A stretch of DNA of 61,930 nt, filler included, from Hausera hauseri (Eukaryota), in assembly GCA_046269625.1 (NCBI GenBank). It is 12 parts of 12 records of this genome, joined end to end, with 100 filler letters (N's around TTAATTAATTAA, not from the genome) between each part and the next. Parts side by side here need not be neighbours in the genome. Positions count along the whole stretch, not along the records: positions 22,560 to 28,439 come from JBJURY010175305.1; positions 28,540 to 32,845 come from JBJURY010645664.1; positions 32,946 to 38,054 come from JBJURY010332936.1; 9 more parts are not named here. One strand, written 5' to 3'. This document shows positions 23,290 to 33,989 of this stretch, in pieces. The notes under the pieces are model-generated. The model was not told the DNA's origin, searched no databases, and was given only the letters and a program-made list of their open reading frames with translations. Both the position numbers and the translations under genes were made by a program. Position 1 is the stretch's first letter. Every line of letters starts with the position of its first letter.

Positions 23290-26200
23290 AAACCTATAAT
23301 ACAAGTATACAGAATTACTAGAGTTGGTTATTTTAAAGTGTAGTCACACGGTAAGGAAAATCCTCTCACCGATGCGTTAACCCCTCCAGTGGGACCACAC
23401 TTTAAGCACTATATCACACCCCCCCATGGCAAGATGAAGACTATTAAGAGGAAAAATAAATGGAGATTATAGAAGGAAAAGAAGCGCTTGTACCTATTTG
23501 GTTTTGATATGTGTTAGACGTTGGACTCCATCTATGAATTTCTCCCTGCTGTAAGTACTAAATGTCACATGACGTTATCTGTTAGATGTTACTGGTGCTT
23601 GTGGAGTTGTTTGATGGAGAGATACTGTGTATTTTGTGGTGTTTTGGGAGGATGCTTCATGAAGAGGTGAAAGTGGAGTAAAAGCTGAGAAGGGCAAAGG
23701 ATCACGCGAAGGAGGTGAAACTGAAGATGGAAGCGAATCGTTCGATGAAGGTGACATGACTGCAGGCTTAGTGTGTGGATGTGCAGGCGATGACGGCGAA
23801 GTAAGTGGTGAAGGAGCAGTAGACGGAAGTGAGGATAAGTGATTGTGACACAAGAGCGATTGCTGCGACGGATCAAAATCATCCAGGAAATTGGATGATG
23901 GCTCGAGGGGAGAAAAGTTAGAGTTGGGATTTGAAACAATGCTGTTATCCTGGTCATCGTCAACAAAGAATGATGGCTTAAGATTAGACATGTGTACGTT
24001 GTGAGGTCTATCCTTGCGTAAAATAGTAGCGGTGTGCGAAGAAAGGTTCAGTAATTTGTAAGGACCGACGTATTGGGACCGAAAACCAGAAGGTGACGGG
24101 TCCTTCAGCCATACAAACTTGGCTGAGTATAAGTCCTCTGGAATGTAAGATTTGAATTTATTTATAAGACGGCAGACGGCATTTGAGTTGACATCAGCAA
24201 AGTGGGACTGTGCCGCGCGAATAACGTCATCTGATGGACTTTCATCGAGATTGGAGAGCTCAAATAGTGCACGAACTGGTGTCCTAAAGAGAGCCTCAGC
24301 TGGAGCACTGCCTGTGGTGGTGGATGGTGTGTTGCACCAACCGAGTAGGAAAAAAGGAAGCATTGAGGTCCAGTTATGATTGTTGTTTGCCAGGATTTTT
24401 AAGGAAATCTTCATGGTGCGATGAAATCTCTCAAGAAGACCATTTGCCTGGGGATGGTACGGCGTCGTATGGAGATGGGCTATCTCCAAGTGCTTTACAA
24501 GAGATTTGAAAAGATCAGCTTTAAACTGCGAACCCTGGTCCGTTATGATGTGACGTGGTGAGCCAAAACGGCTGACCCATATCTTAATAAATGCATCTGC
24601 TTCCGAGTCGATGTTGGTTGATCGAAGCGGAACGGCTTCAGGCCAGCAGGAAGCACAATCCATCATGGATAAGATGTATTGACAACCATTGTCGGAAGGT
24701 AGAAGACCCACAAGATCCAAAAACACGGTTTTAAAACGTGAAGTACAAGGAAAGTGGTAAAGTGGTGGTTTGAGGTGTTTGTGGATTTTATATTGCTGAC
24801 ATGCTACACATCCCTTGACCCAGATCTGTACATCGGTACGCATAATTTGCCATACAACGTGACGTTGCAATAGACGAAATGTGGCTTTTGAACCCGGATG
24901 ATGAAGAGAGTGAAAATGAGTGAAATCTGCCTTTTGTAGCGATGCAGCAAGAATGATTTTTTTGTTGGACAAGTTAAAAGTGTCATAGGCAATGCCATCA
25001 ATGATTTCAACAGATTTAAAAGCTTGGAGAATATCAGACAATGGTTGATTACTTCTCCTGATTTTAGATGACAAAATTGGCTGAACTGTAATTCAGTTGA
25101 CCGATAGCGTCAGAAAGTCTGCTACTAAATTTTCGGTGCCGGAAATGTATTTCATAGAAAAGCTAAATGTCGAATGGTATGATATCTGTCGCTCTTGTCT
25201 GGGTGATGGCTGTTTTAACGTCGAGATAGGAAGTAGAGGCATGTGACCGGTTTGGATGGTAAATTGACGAGATAGAAGCAAATGCTTGAAATGCTTTACC
25301 GCTAGAACTACGGCCAGGAGTTCACGATCGAATGTTGAGTATCGGTTTTCCGGTTGCGTGAGCTTTCGAAAATAGAGTTGCAATGGCTCGTCAACACCAT
25401 TGTATATTTGGAGTAATATTGCACCAGTGTCTGTGGTTGAGGCATTGGTATTTAATATCAGTTCCTCGTTTGGTTTTGGAAAAGCCAAGATTTCAACGGT
25501 TTTAGACCTTCACGAAGGTGATCAAATTGATTTAATAGATCGGGAGTCCAATGGATTAATTGTCTTTTCTTTCCGGATGAGAGGTATGCAAAAGGTGCCG
25601 TTAGCTCGGAGCAATGTGGCACGTATTTGTGTACAAAATGCAATATCCTTAGACAACTCCTCATATCGGTAGTAGTAGTAGTTGGTAACGTCACATTTTT
25701 TAATTGTTGTAAGTGATCAGGCTGGTGCCAATGCCCTTCTGTAGTAATTATGTGGCCTAAAAAGTTGACGCGTTTCTGAAAGAAATTGCATTTGGCGAAA
25801 TTGATTTGCAGGTTGCTTTGATGCAATCTGTGGAAAATAATTCTAAGGTACTCGTGATGTTGTTTGATCGAGGTGGAAACGACTAATATGTCATCTATGT
25901 ATGGGTGAGCAAGATCAAGACCTGAGAGAACGGTGTCAATGTGGCGCTGAAGGGTCTGAGATGCGCTACGTAAGCCAAAAGGCATGAGGATGTATTCATA
26001 AAGACCAAATGGCGTGATGATAGCAGTTTTTGGAATGTCATCAGGGGCAACAGGAATTTGATGGTAGGCTTTGCAGATCAATGGTAGAATAGGTACTGGT
26101 GTTGTTGAAGCTATGAAGAATATCTTTAATGAATGGTAGTAGAAAGGCATCTGTAATAGTTAGATTGTTTAATTGTCTATATTCGCCACATAGCCTATAG

Positions 26201-28439
26201 GTGCCATCATTTTTACTACTACATGGAGAGGAGAAGCCCACGGTGAATTCGATTTCCGAATTATGCCAGACCTTTCCAGTTCATTAAATTCCTGTTCCAC
26301 AGCTTCACGTCTGTGTAGCGACAAATGTCTGACCTTTTGTTTGATCGGCCTCTGATGCTCTGTTACTATGTGATGATAAGTTGTGGATGGACGCTTGAAG
26401 TTGACGTCCCTTTAAACTATGCGAAAGCAAGACGTTGTGACGTATGATTTAAGATTTGAGTCTAGAGACAAGAATGAATGAGGTATATCATTAGACAGAA
26501 CAGCCCCAGTGATTGACGAAAAACAACTGGTATCGCTACTATCGACGCCTATTTGGATTTTTGTTTTAGAATAGATTTATGATTGTCGTTCATAATTGAA
26601 ATATTACCGACTTTATCGGAAGTTTTTTTATAGATGACGAAGCGTTCAACATGTTCACAGATGAGTGCAATGAATTGCTCGCTAAGTTGTTTATGAGACA
26701 CATATTTGGAGTTGCAATCGAGTTCCTGCTTAAAAAACAGCCGTATTTGCAATCGACCAATAGATCATGTGCGGCAAGAAAATCTGAGCCTATTATGGGA
26801 GATTTAATGTTGGTCACGTGGAACTTCCAGATAAACTTATCTGGCAAGTTGGCGAATGTGAAAGTCAATTCCGTGGTTCCTGCAACGTGCAATGGTTGAC
26901 CACTAGCAGTAAAAAGCGGTGGACAGGAAATCATAATCGATGTAGGAACGAAGGATAAAAAAGGAGCGAAAAGGCAGCTTCTGAGTCTATAAGGAAGTCG
27001 ATATGTGAAGTATCTCTGCATAACAGTGCAGCTTTAAACAGAAAGACTGTAGAGGCGGTGTTGAAACGGCCAGAAGATTGAGCGATATTGACTGCGCCAG
27101 AATGTGCCGTAAAATCTGGCGGCATTATTAGTTTTTTGAGGGATTTGGAAAAAAGGAAGAAGAGAAAGAAAAACGAGGAGATTTATCGTTGTAATGTTTA
27201 CAACCAGGCGCACATGATCTAGTCTGTGACTGAAACTTATTGTGATAGGCGCAAATAGGGTTGTCCACAGCGTACCGTTCGCTGTAGAACCGACAGGCCA
27301 AAAAGCATTTCCTAGCATATCTTCGAAATCGCGTGTGATAGAAGCAAGTCATGCATCCGCCAGGTGAAATGGATCGAATAGAGTGTTTGGAAAAGCTTCT
27401 CTCTATTGAAGGCCTGGTTTTACTGCGTCGAGGCCCATTAAGATTATTTAGTTGGGTAGTAATGGCCGAAATCGACTGCTGTAACTTGTCAAACTGTTGC
27501 TGCATCATTTGCAATTGTTGAGTATAAAATGTTGTGTCTGTAGTTGGAGCACATATGGTTGCAGCCGCAATAGGGAGAGAACTGTTCTTATATAGAATCT
27601 CAAAGGATTTGTCAGCCATTATTGCCAGTTTTTCGATAGCAGTGGATTCATCGACAACGGTTACTAAAGTTCTGATTGAGGTGGGAAATGATGACAAGAA
27701 ATAACGGCGAATTAGATCCGCGTTATTCGTAGGTGTCACTTTTCGAGTGCTAAGCTGCAGAATGGCCGTTTGGAGAAAATCGGATTCTGTTGGTTTCCTA
27801 TCGCGTGGTCGTTAAAATACTTTTGTATTATGTTGTCAATCGAAGAATCCGTGACATGCAGTACAGCTTAACATAGTGTTTCGTAAGGTATCGAGGATTG
27901 TAGCAGCTCGGTGCTATTACTAATCTGCTGCTTGACGTTGGCACGCAGAAGGATTAAAAGACTATTGGCTCGCACAAAAGAATCAATGATGTTCGATTTT
28001 AGCCACTGTTGGTGGAATTGGAGCCATAGTTTGCTGGAGTTGTTTTTGTCGAGGAAAAATTCCACACTAGGTAAATTTAACGAACCTCGTGACTGTTTGG
28101 AGTGTGGCAAACGGTAGACGTTGCCTGTATTTGTGGATTTGTCATCCGAGAAGGATAGATTTTGATCCGATCCACCCCGAAGGCGAAAATGGAGCATAAG
28201 ATGGATAACTGGACGTTAACAGCAGACGAAAAACAGGAGTGAGTCAACAGGATGTACAGTGATACCTCGATATGTGAAATAGAAGTTAGACATGTTGAGT
28301 GCGGAGGATAAAGAGGTGTATAACAGATGCTCTGTGGCGTTGAGTGGAGCTTTAATGGTTGTTGTGAGGAGGAATTCAGGCAGCCAATATAAAGTGAGGA
28401 AATTCATAAGAGGAGGAAAATAAGGTTCATTTACTGATT
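23290..28439 (-). mobile_element. Ty3/Gypsy element 2 (Ubl-Gag-PR-RT-RH-IN, Ser/Pro tail, PPT, LTR start), decayed
   Basis: Gag with CFYH.RF..YA..C and CAYH.KF...C motifs; FLIDS protease; YIDD; integrase ORF 23575-25074; PPT GGGGGGG then TGTGA at about 23418. Confidence 0.93.
28171..28407 (-). pseudogene. Ubiquitin-like leader (79 codons, one in-frame stop, ending RLRGG) in frame with the Gag of element 2
   Basis: MNFLTLY...MSNFYFTYRG...FVCC*RPVIHLMLHFRLRGG|SDQ; ORFs 28216-28407 and 27868-28197 are in the same frame. Confidence 0.7.
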
Positions 28440-28776
28440 NNNNNNNNNNNNNNNNNNNNNNNNNNNNNNNNNNNNNNNNNNNNTTAATTAATTAANNNNN
28501 NNNNNNNNNNNNNNNNNNNNNNNNNNNNNNNNNNNNNNNTTTACTAGCGTTTTCGTTTTTTGAACTTTGTTCAGCAAGGTCAACTCATGTTCGCAGTCAA
28601 AGTTGACTGCTAAATAATTCGTGCATCACTTAAGTTTGTGAAACGAAGAAATTGTATTGTATTTGTGATGTAATCATTTTGTGTAGTGCGATAATTTCGC
28701 TGATTATTTGTTTTTTAGCACGGACACGCGAGCAGATTGCTTTAAATGTTGCTTAACTCATGTTACACAGTGCAAG

Positions 28777-28869
28777 GGCTGACGAATCGTAGTCGAGTCA
28801 AGATCTCTGCCCAAGTCTACCTCGTGTCTCCGAGCAACAGTAGGGAAATCTGCCGGCTAACGGGCGGAG
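28777..28869 (+). ncRNA. Degenerate HDV-like self-cleaving ribozyme (type found at RTE 5' ends)
   Basis: GGCTGAC start; P2 CTCTGCCC pairs with GGGCGGAG; P3/L3-like AAG-TCTACCT-CGT; GAAA-capped P4; GGCTAA J4/2. P1' and P3 carry mismatches. Confidence 0.6.
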
Positions 28870-28900
28870 GTTATGGGTGATCCCAAGTTGAGTGGCAGGA

Positions 28901-29215
28901 GAAGCCGTGGCCTAGCGGTTAGTGCGCTCGTCTGCCGATTGTGTGGGCGTGGGCTCAATCCCATGGAATAAAAGAAGGAGACTGCCGTAAGACTATACAG
29001 TACAATGGACTCCATTACCCGGTTTTAAATTTTTTTTCACGATTCCCTGTGGGCATTGGATTTTTTTCGACCAAAATGGCTCCAGGGGCCAACCCGGCCT
29101 CACAAATGGGTACCGGAGAAATTCTTTGGAAAAGAAAAGGCTGCCTGGTGTTATGTTGACAACATAACCTAATCATGTGTCGATGTCAAGGAAAAATGTA
29201 GACACTAACTCTACA
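28901..29215 (+). mobile_element. tRNA-derived SINE
   Basis: A box TGGCCTAGCGG (28908); B-box-like GGCTCAATCC (28952); central CCCGGCCTCACAAATGGGTACCGG segment resembling conserved invertebrate SINE cores. Confidence 0.7.
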
Positions 29216-29299
29216 TTAGTAGTATAGTATGTTGTTAATGGTTAGTATTTTGAAGGGTGAGCACAGGTTGAGCAGGAGGAGTGGCCAAATGACGTCAGC

Positions 29300-29490
29300 A
29301 GGTGAAGCCTCGCACCGCCTGCGGTACCCGGAAGTTAGAGGGGAGTAGTCAGGTGTCACGGGTACCTGGGAGTTAGAGCGGTGGAGGCAGAGGGAGCAGA
29401 GGGTGTCACAGGCATGTACCCAGAAGTTATAGAAGGGAGGAGTCGCATCAAGCAGAGGGTGTCACATGCGTGTACTCGGAAGTTAGAGAC
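29300..29490 (+). repeat. Four imperfect GTACYYRGRAGTTAKAG units, mostly preceded by GGTGTCAC, in a G-rich tract following AGTAGT at 29218
   Basis: Units seen at about 29325, 29362, 29417 and 29472. Confidence 0.7.
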
Positions 29491-29904
29491 AAGGGGAGGT
29501 AGTTAGTCGGAGATAGGCGTAGGAAGGGTCCACGTGGGAAAAGTCAGGTATAGGTAGTGGAGGAAGGAGGAGGGGCAGGTGGGGCAGGGGGCAAAATTCA
29601 AACCATTATGTACATACTATACTACTCCGGCGAGAATGATAATTTGGCGAGTTATTGATTGTTTTTTCTTCTCCAAAGTGGGTCAATACTTGGGATGGGG
29701 GCTTAATTGAGATAGATAAGTGGTCATGTGGGCCCATTGTGGCCTCTTCTTCTTCTGCGTCGTCGAATATGAGTCAATTTTGTAACTATGTATCTTGGTA
29801 AAGTTGCAGTGATAGTTGTATAGGGCCATGTTTATTGTTGTGTACTATTAGTTAGCATCATCATTGCTTGTTCTACTCATCATCATAGTTTTATCTCCAA
29901 ATCA

Positions 29905-30106
29905 TCATCATCATCAGGTGTCTTTGGTCGGAAACTTAACAACGTTCGATGGTTTGGGGACATGTTGTTGCTTGTTTTGCGTCTTGTTTCTTGTTGTCTT
30001 CTAGCAGTTAACATTGCTTGTTCTCTTTGTAATCTTTGCTTGTTTTCAAATAATCATCATGATGTGTCTTTGGTCGGAAACTTAGAACGTTCGATGGGTT
30101 TGGGGA
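29905..30106 (+). repeat. Imperfect direct repeat of about 50 bp (TCATCAT..GTGTCTT(T)GGTCGGAAACTTA..AACGTTCGATGG.TTGGGGA)
   Basis: Two copies at about 29905 and 30053. Confidence 0.8.
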
Positions 30107-32571
30107 ATGTTTTATTAGTTATTATCATCGCATGTCGTTGTCGTGTAAGGTAGATTTGTGTCCGTTAAGAAACGGATGTCATATAAGGAAGAATTGTTTC
30201 CCTTTAAGAAAGGGCGTGTTGGCCTTATTACGCAAACGGCTTGCCCTTATAGTGCGGCCAAGTGTTCGTGTAAGGTAGAATTGTCGTTAAAGTTTGGTGG
30301 TCAAGCTAAATTGTGACAAAGATCACTGACGAGGGTCACGAACCTTTGACAAAGGTCAGATTTTTATGCTTGCTGATACAGATCACACTGACAAAGGTCA
30401 CGTTGACAAACAGGTCAAATGTACAAGTCATCGGCCGTAAACAAACTTCATGTCCGGAGTCGCTGTGTTTACGAAAAGCCCATGTCGGTCTCGATCGTGA
30501 TATTTCTAACAACACATTGGTGTATTGCTTATCGACATCGATTGGTCTTAGGGTCGAGCGGAAAAAAAACGCGTGTGTTGCTTATCGGTGAATCTAAAGG
30601 GTCAGTTTCGGTACAACACAAGTGTTTCTCAGTGACATCGACCTTAGGTCGAGAGAAAAACGCATGTGTTTATGGGGATCTTGGTCGGGCGAAAACGTGT
30701 CAGGAGAAAAAAACACATGTGTTTCTGGGGTCGGGTGAAAACGAGTCGAGAGAAAACGCGTGTTATACAGTGCAAAACAAAATATTTGTTCCATATCAAC
30801 GAGTTACGGCTAAGATTTTGAAGGTAGACTACAACAAAACTCTCGAGGTCGGTTGGTTAGATGAATATTAAAAGGTGTGTTTTGCTTGAGCGACAGCGAA
30901 CAACGGGAGCCTTTATCCCTTTCTACGCGGACGAAGAATGGAATGTTGGTTAGACGATTTATTCACGTTTGTCGGGCAAGTGTATGTTGCTTGAGCGATT
31001 CGCGGGACAATGAAGGCTTTATCCCTTTGTGCGCAGACGAACAGTCGAACGTTCCATTGTTGCTGGATAAGTTTGGTTAAGAATAATATTTCTGTGTTTT
31101 GTTCGTCTTTCTAAGGGGCGACCCGATAAAATTGTGAAAATTGCTGTTGGAATGTTAGTCGATTTCCAAAGTTTTACTTAGGAAAAATACGCATTTGCTG
31201 TTAGAATAAGCATACAACTTTAAGCATATAGCGTTAAGATACACCTCGTAAAATACCCGTGACAACTAAAAAGATTGACTGGAAGACCAGCCAGCTCTTT
31301 GAAGATGTCCGTCTTGACAAAATTGTAAGTAACAAAAATTTCCCATGACACTACACTTAGATCAGCAAGTATAGTTTGTACTTTCTCGAATGACTAAAAC
31401 CTGTACTATTTGCCTTATAAAATGTACTATTTGCCTTATGATGCCTTGCCCCTAAACATGATGCAGATGTCCTAAACTAACGTCATCACCCTTGAGAAAC
31501 ACGCCCTTCCCAGAAAATATCACCCTTCCATGTCCCTATACATGAAGAAGATGTTGATGACGTAACAACACGTCTGCCCCTTAAAAACATTTCCAAAAAG
31601 TTATCTCCCCCTTACCTCTACGCCCTCCCCTGAAGGGAGAAGAAATATCTTCTTCAGGGTATATTATTCCCCCTTCCTCCCCCTGAAATCCGCGTCGTTT
31701 TGCGGCTACTTCACAACAGGTGTGTTTGTGCCAGATTGAAATCATATAAGACTTTGACAATGAGCAGCATTGTTAGAACTGTGTGGATCATATGTCATAA
31801 ACACTAGATCTCATTCAAAGTATGCCCGAGATTGACACGACGATCAACACAAAACATGAAGGTCCACGACCTTTGCGCAACGGAGTTACCTGCGTCTGTG
31901 TCGCGTTCCGGCTTTCGAGATTCCACCTGTGTGGTTCGATACCAGCCACCCTGTGACTCAGTTGTGGGCAAGAGTAGGTTAGAGTTTCTGTTGGGTTGGA
32001 AATTGGAGCACCAATAGATGTGTCCAGAGTGTAGTGATGATGGCATTTCGCATATTACCACTACTTCTACTTTAACTACTACAACAACTACTAATTCATT
32101 GCATTTTGTCGATCTGTGACCATGAAGCTAGCGGTGTCTTTACTTCTGATAGAGTGGATTATATTCTGTCTGTGATTTGCCATTGATATAATGTCTTACC
32201 TAACCTGAGAGTTATCTATATGTGTCTATTCGTTTTTTTAAACCTTCCTTCCAGAATTTGTCTGGATGGCTTCATAGATTTCTTTACGACCGTGCTAGCA
32301 TTTCAAAACCGCTCCCAACGTATGATAGCGATGCTGTAAACTGATTGTATTTATCAGTGAATCACTTTCAGTCCACGATTATCTTTCAAGGTTTGGCTGT
32401 CCGCCATGAAGAAGCAGTTCAAACAGCCATATTTAAAAACCAGAAATAATTTGTATTAAGGATTGCATTTCAGGACGTTTTTACAGCAATCATGATTTAC
32501 AAAGGAATTGCAGGGGGAGGCGGGAAGGATTTCGCAACCAGTCAGATAATTTCATAGAATGAATAATTAAG

Positions 32572-32692
32572 TTTGGCTACACATGGAAACAGATAGAAAG
32601 ATCCAGGACAGGAAAGGTTGGAGAGCTCTTGTAGACGACCTATGCTCCACAAAGGGGTCGCGGGGATACGAATGATAATAATAATTAATAAT
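32572..32692 (+). mobile_element. 5'-truncated RTE-clade LINE 3' end with a (TAA)n-like tail
   Basis: Translates as GYTWKQIE.(fs).QDRKGWRALVDDLCST, typical of RTE C-termini, followed by an ATAATAATAA tail. Confidence 0.7.
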
Positions 32693-32945
32693 AAAGCAAA
32701 CAAACATTATTGAATAATATTAAGATGCTGTCCACTCTTTAACATGGATATTCGAGACCTGCTTGTAGTTAGACTTCCTTTCTACCTTTCAAATACTTTT
32801 ATGATTCTCCTGAATTTATAATTGCTGAATTCCTTTGTATTTTATNNNNNNNNNNNNNNNNNNNNNNNNNNNNNNNNNNNNNNNNNNNNTTAATTAATTA
32901 ANNNNNNNNNNNNNNNNNNNNNNNNNNNNNNNNNNNNNNNNNNNN

Positions 32946-33324
32946 AGGAAATGGTTAAACTGCGGAACCTCTGGGAGGTTCTACGGCAAGATTTTTGTTC
33001 TGCGTTCAATCTTCCCTCATATGTACAAGATTTTCCCACATCGACGGTGACATTGTGACAGAGGGAGTCATCAATGATGAAGATATTCTTCAACAAGTCC
33101 GAATTGAGAATGACGAGGGCGATTTGTCAGCACTGCGGTCAACAAGTAATACCGGAGATTATACCTGTCGCAGATTTAGAAACTGCTCTGGCGCAATCGG
33201 CATTGAAGCGACGACGACGAGCCACTCCGAATGCTTTTTTATGAAACCCTGCTTTAACGAAACCCTGTTTGAATGAACATTTTCTCTATACCCACACTTT
33301 TTGTTAAATCGGGGTTAGACTGTA
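32946..33324 (+). mobile_element. pogo/Tigger transposon 3' remnant with TIR and TA target site
   Basis: Acidic HIDGDIVTEGVINDEDILQQV tail; terminal GTTAAATCGGGGTTAGACTG-TA. Confidence 0.6.
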
Positions 33325-33989
33325 AAAAGATCCTTCAACTTATTCGAAATGCAAATTTCAATGAAATGCTGAACATTTGAGATATTTTGTTTCTTGTACC
33401 CTTTTCACACTGAAGTTCTATCAAATTTGATTTTCAATAAAAAATAAAATTTCACGTTGGTGACAAAATAACCATTATGAAACCTATCAGAAAATGATTA
33501 AGATTTTCAGTCATTCTAATATCTTTCTTATTTCGATAACTACATGAAAATATTGAAAAATGTTGACAGAATTCTCATCATGTGTTAACGAACTCCAAAT
33601 GTAGAAAAATTATTAAAAACTGAATTAGAACAAAACCTACCTCAAAAACATCCATGGTATAGTTGAAGAAAAAAATTTAATAATTAATAAAAAAATGTTC
33701 AAACAATACTACATTACTAAAAAGTTAATAAAAAACAAGAACAACCCGGGTATATTATTAAATGCAAATGTGTATGTATAACTGTGGTTTGGCTGACGCA
33801 CCGGACAAATTTCCGTCAGATATGAAACTGACCGATATCTCCGAGAAACACGCATGTCTTGTAGAACTCCTCGCAGGTAAATCACATCTATAGTGAAATC
33901 CATAGAATATATTGAATTTAAATTCGTCGTCTCCATTAACAATTTATTTACCACAACATTTTAGCAACTTACACAAAACATTATCATTT

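Noticed and set aside
28779-28850. Hammerhead ribozyme suggested by CTGACGA
   Set aside because: No properly placed stem II plus GAAA core; an HDV-like topology fits better.
28901-28975. Functional tRNA gene
   Set aside because: It has A/B-box-like motifs but no complete cloverleaf, and it continues into a SINE body.
29300-29490. CRISPR-like array
   Set aside because: The repeats are degenerate, the intervening sequences resemble each other, there are no cas genes, and the context is eukaryotic.
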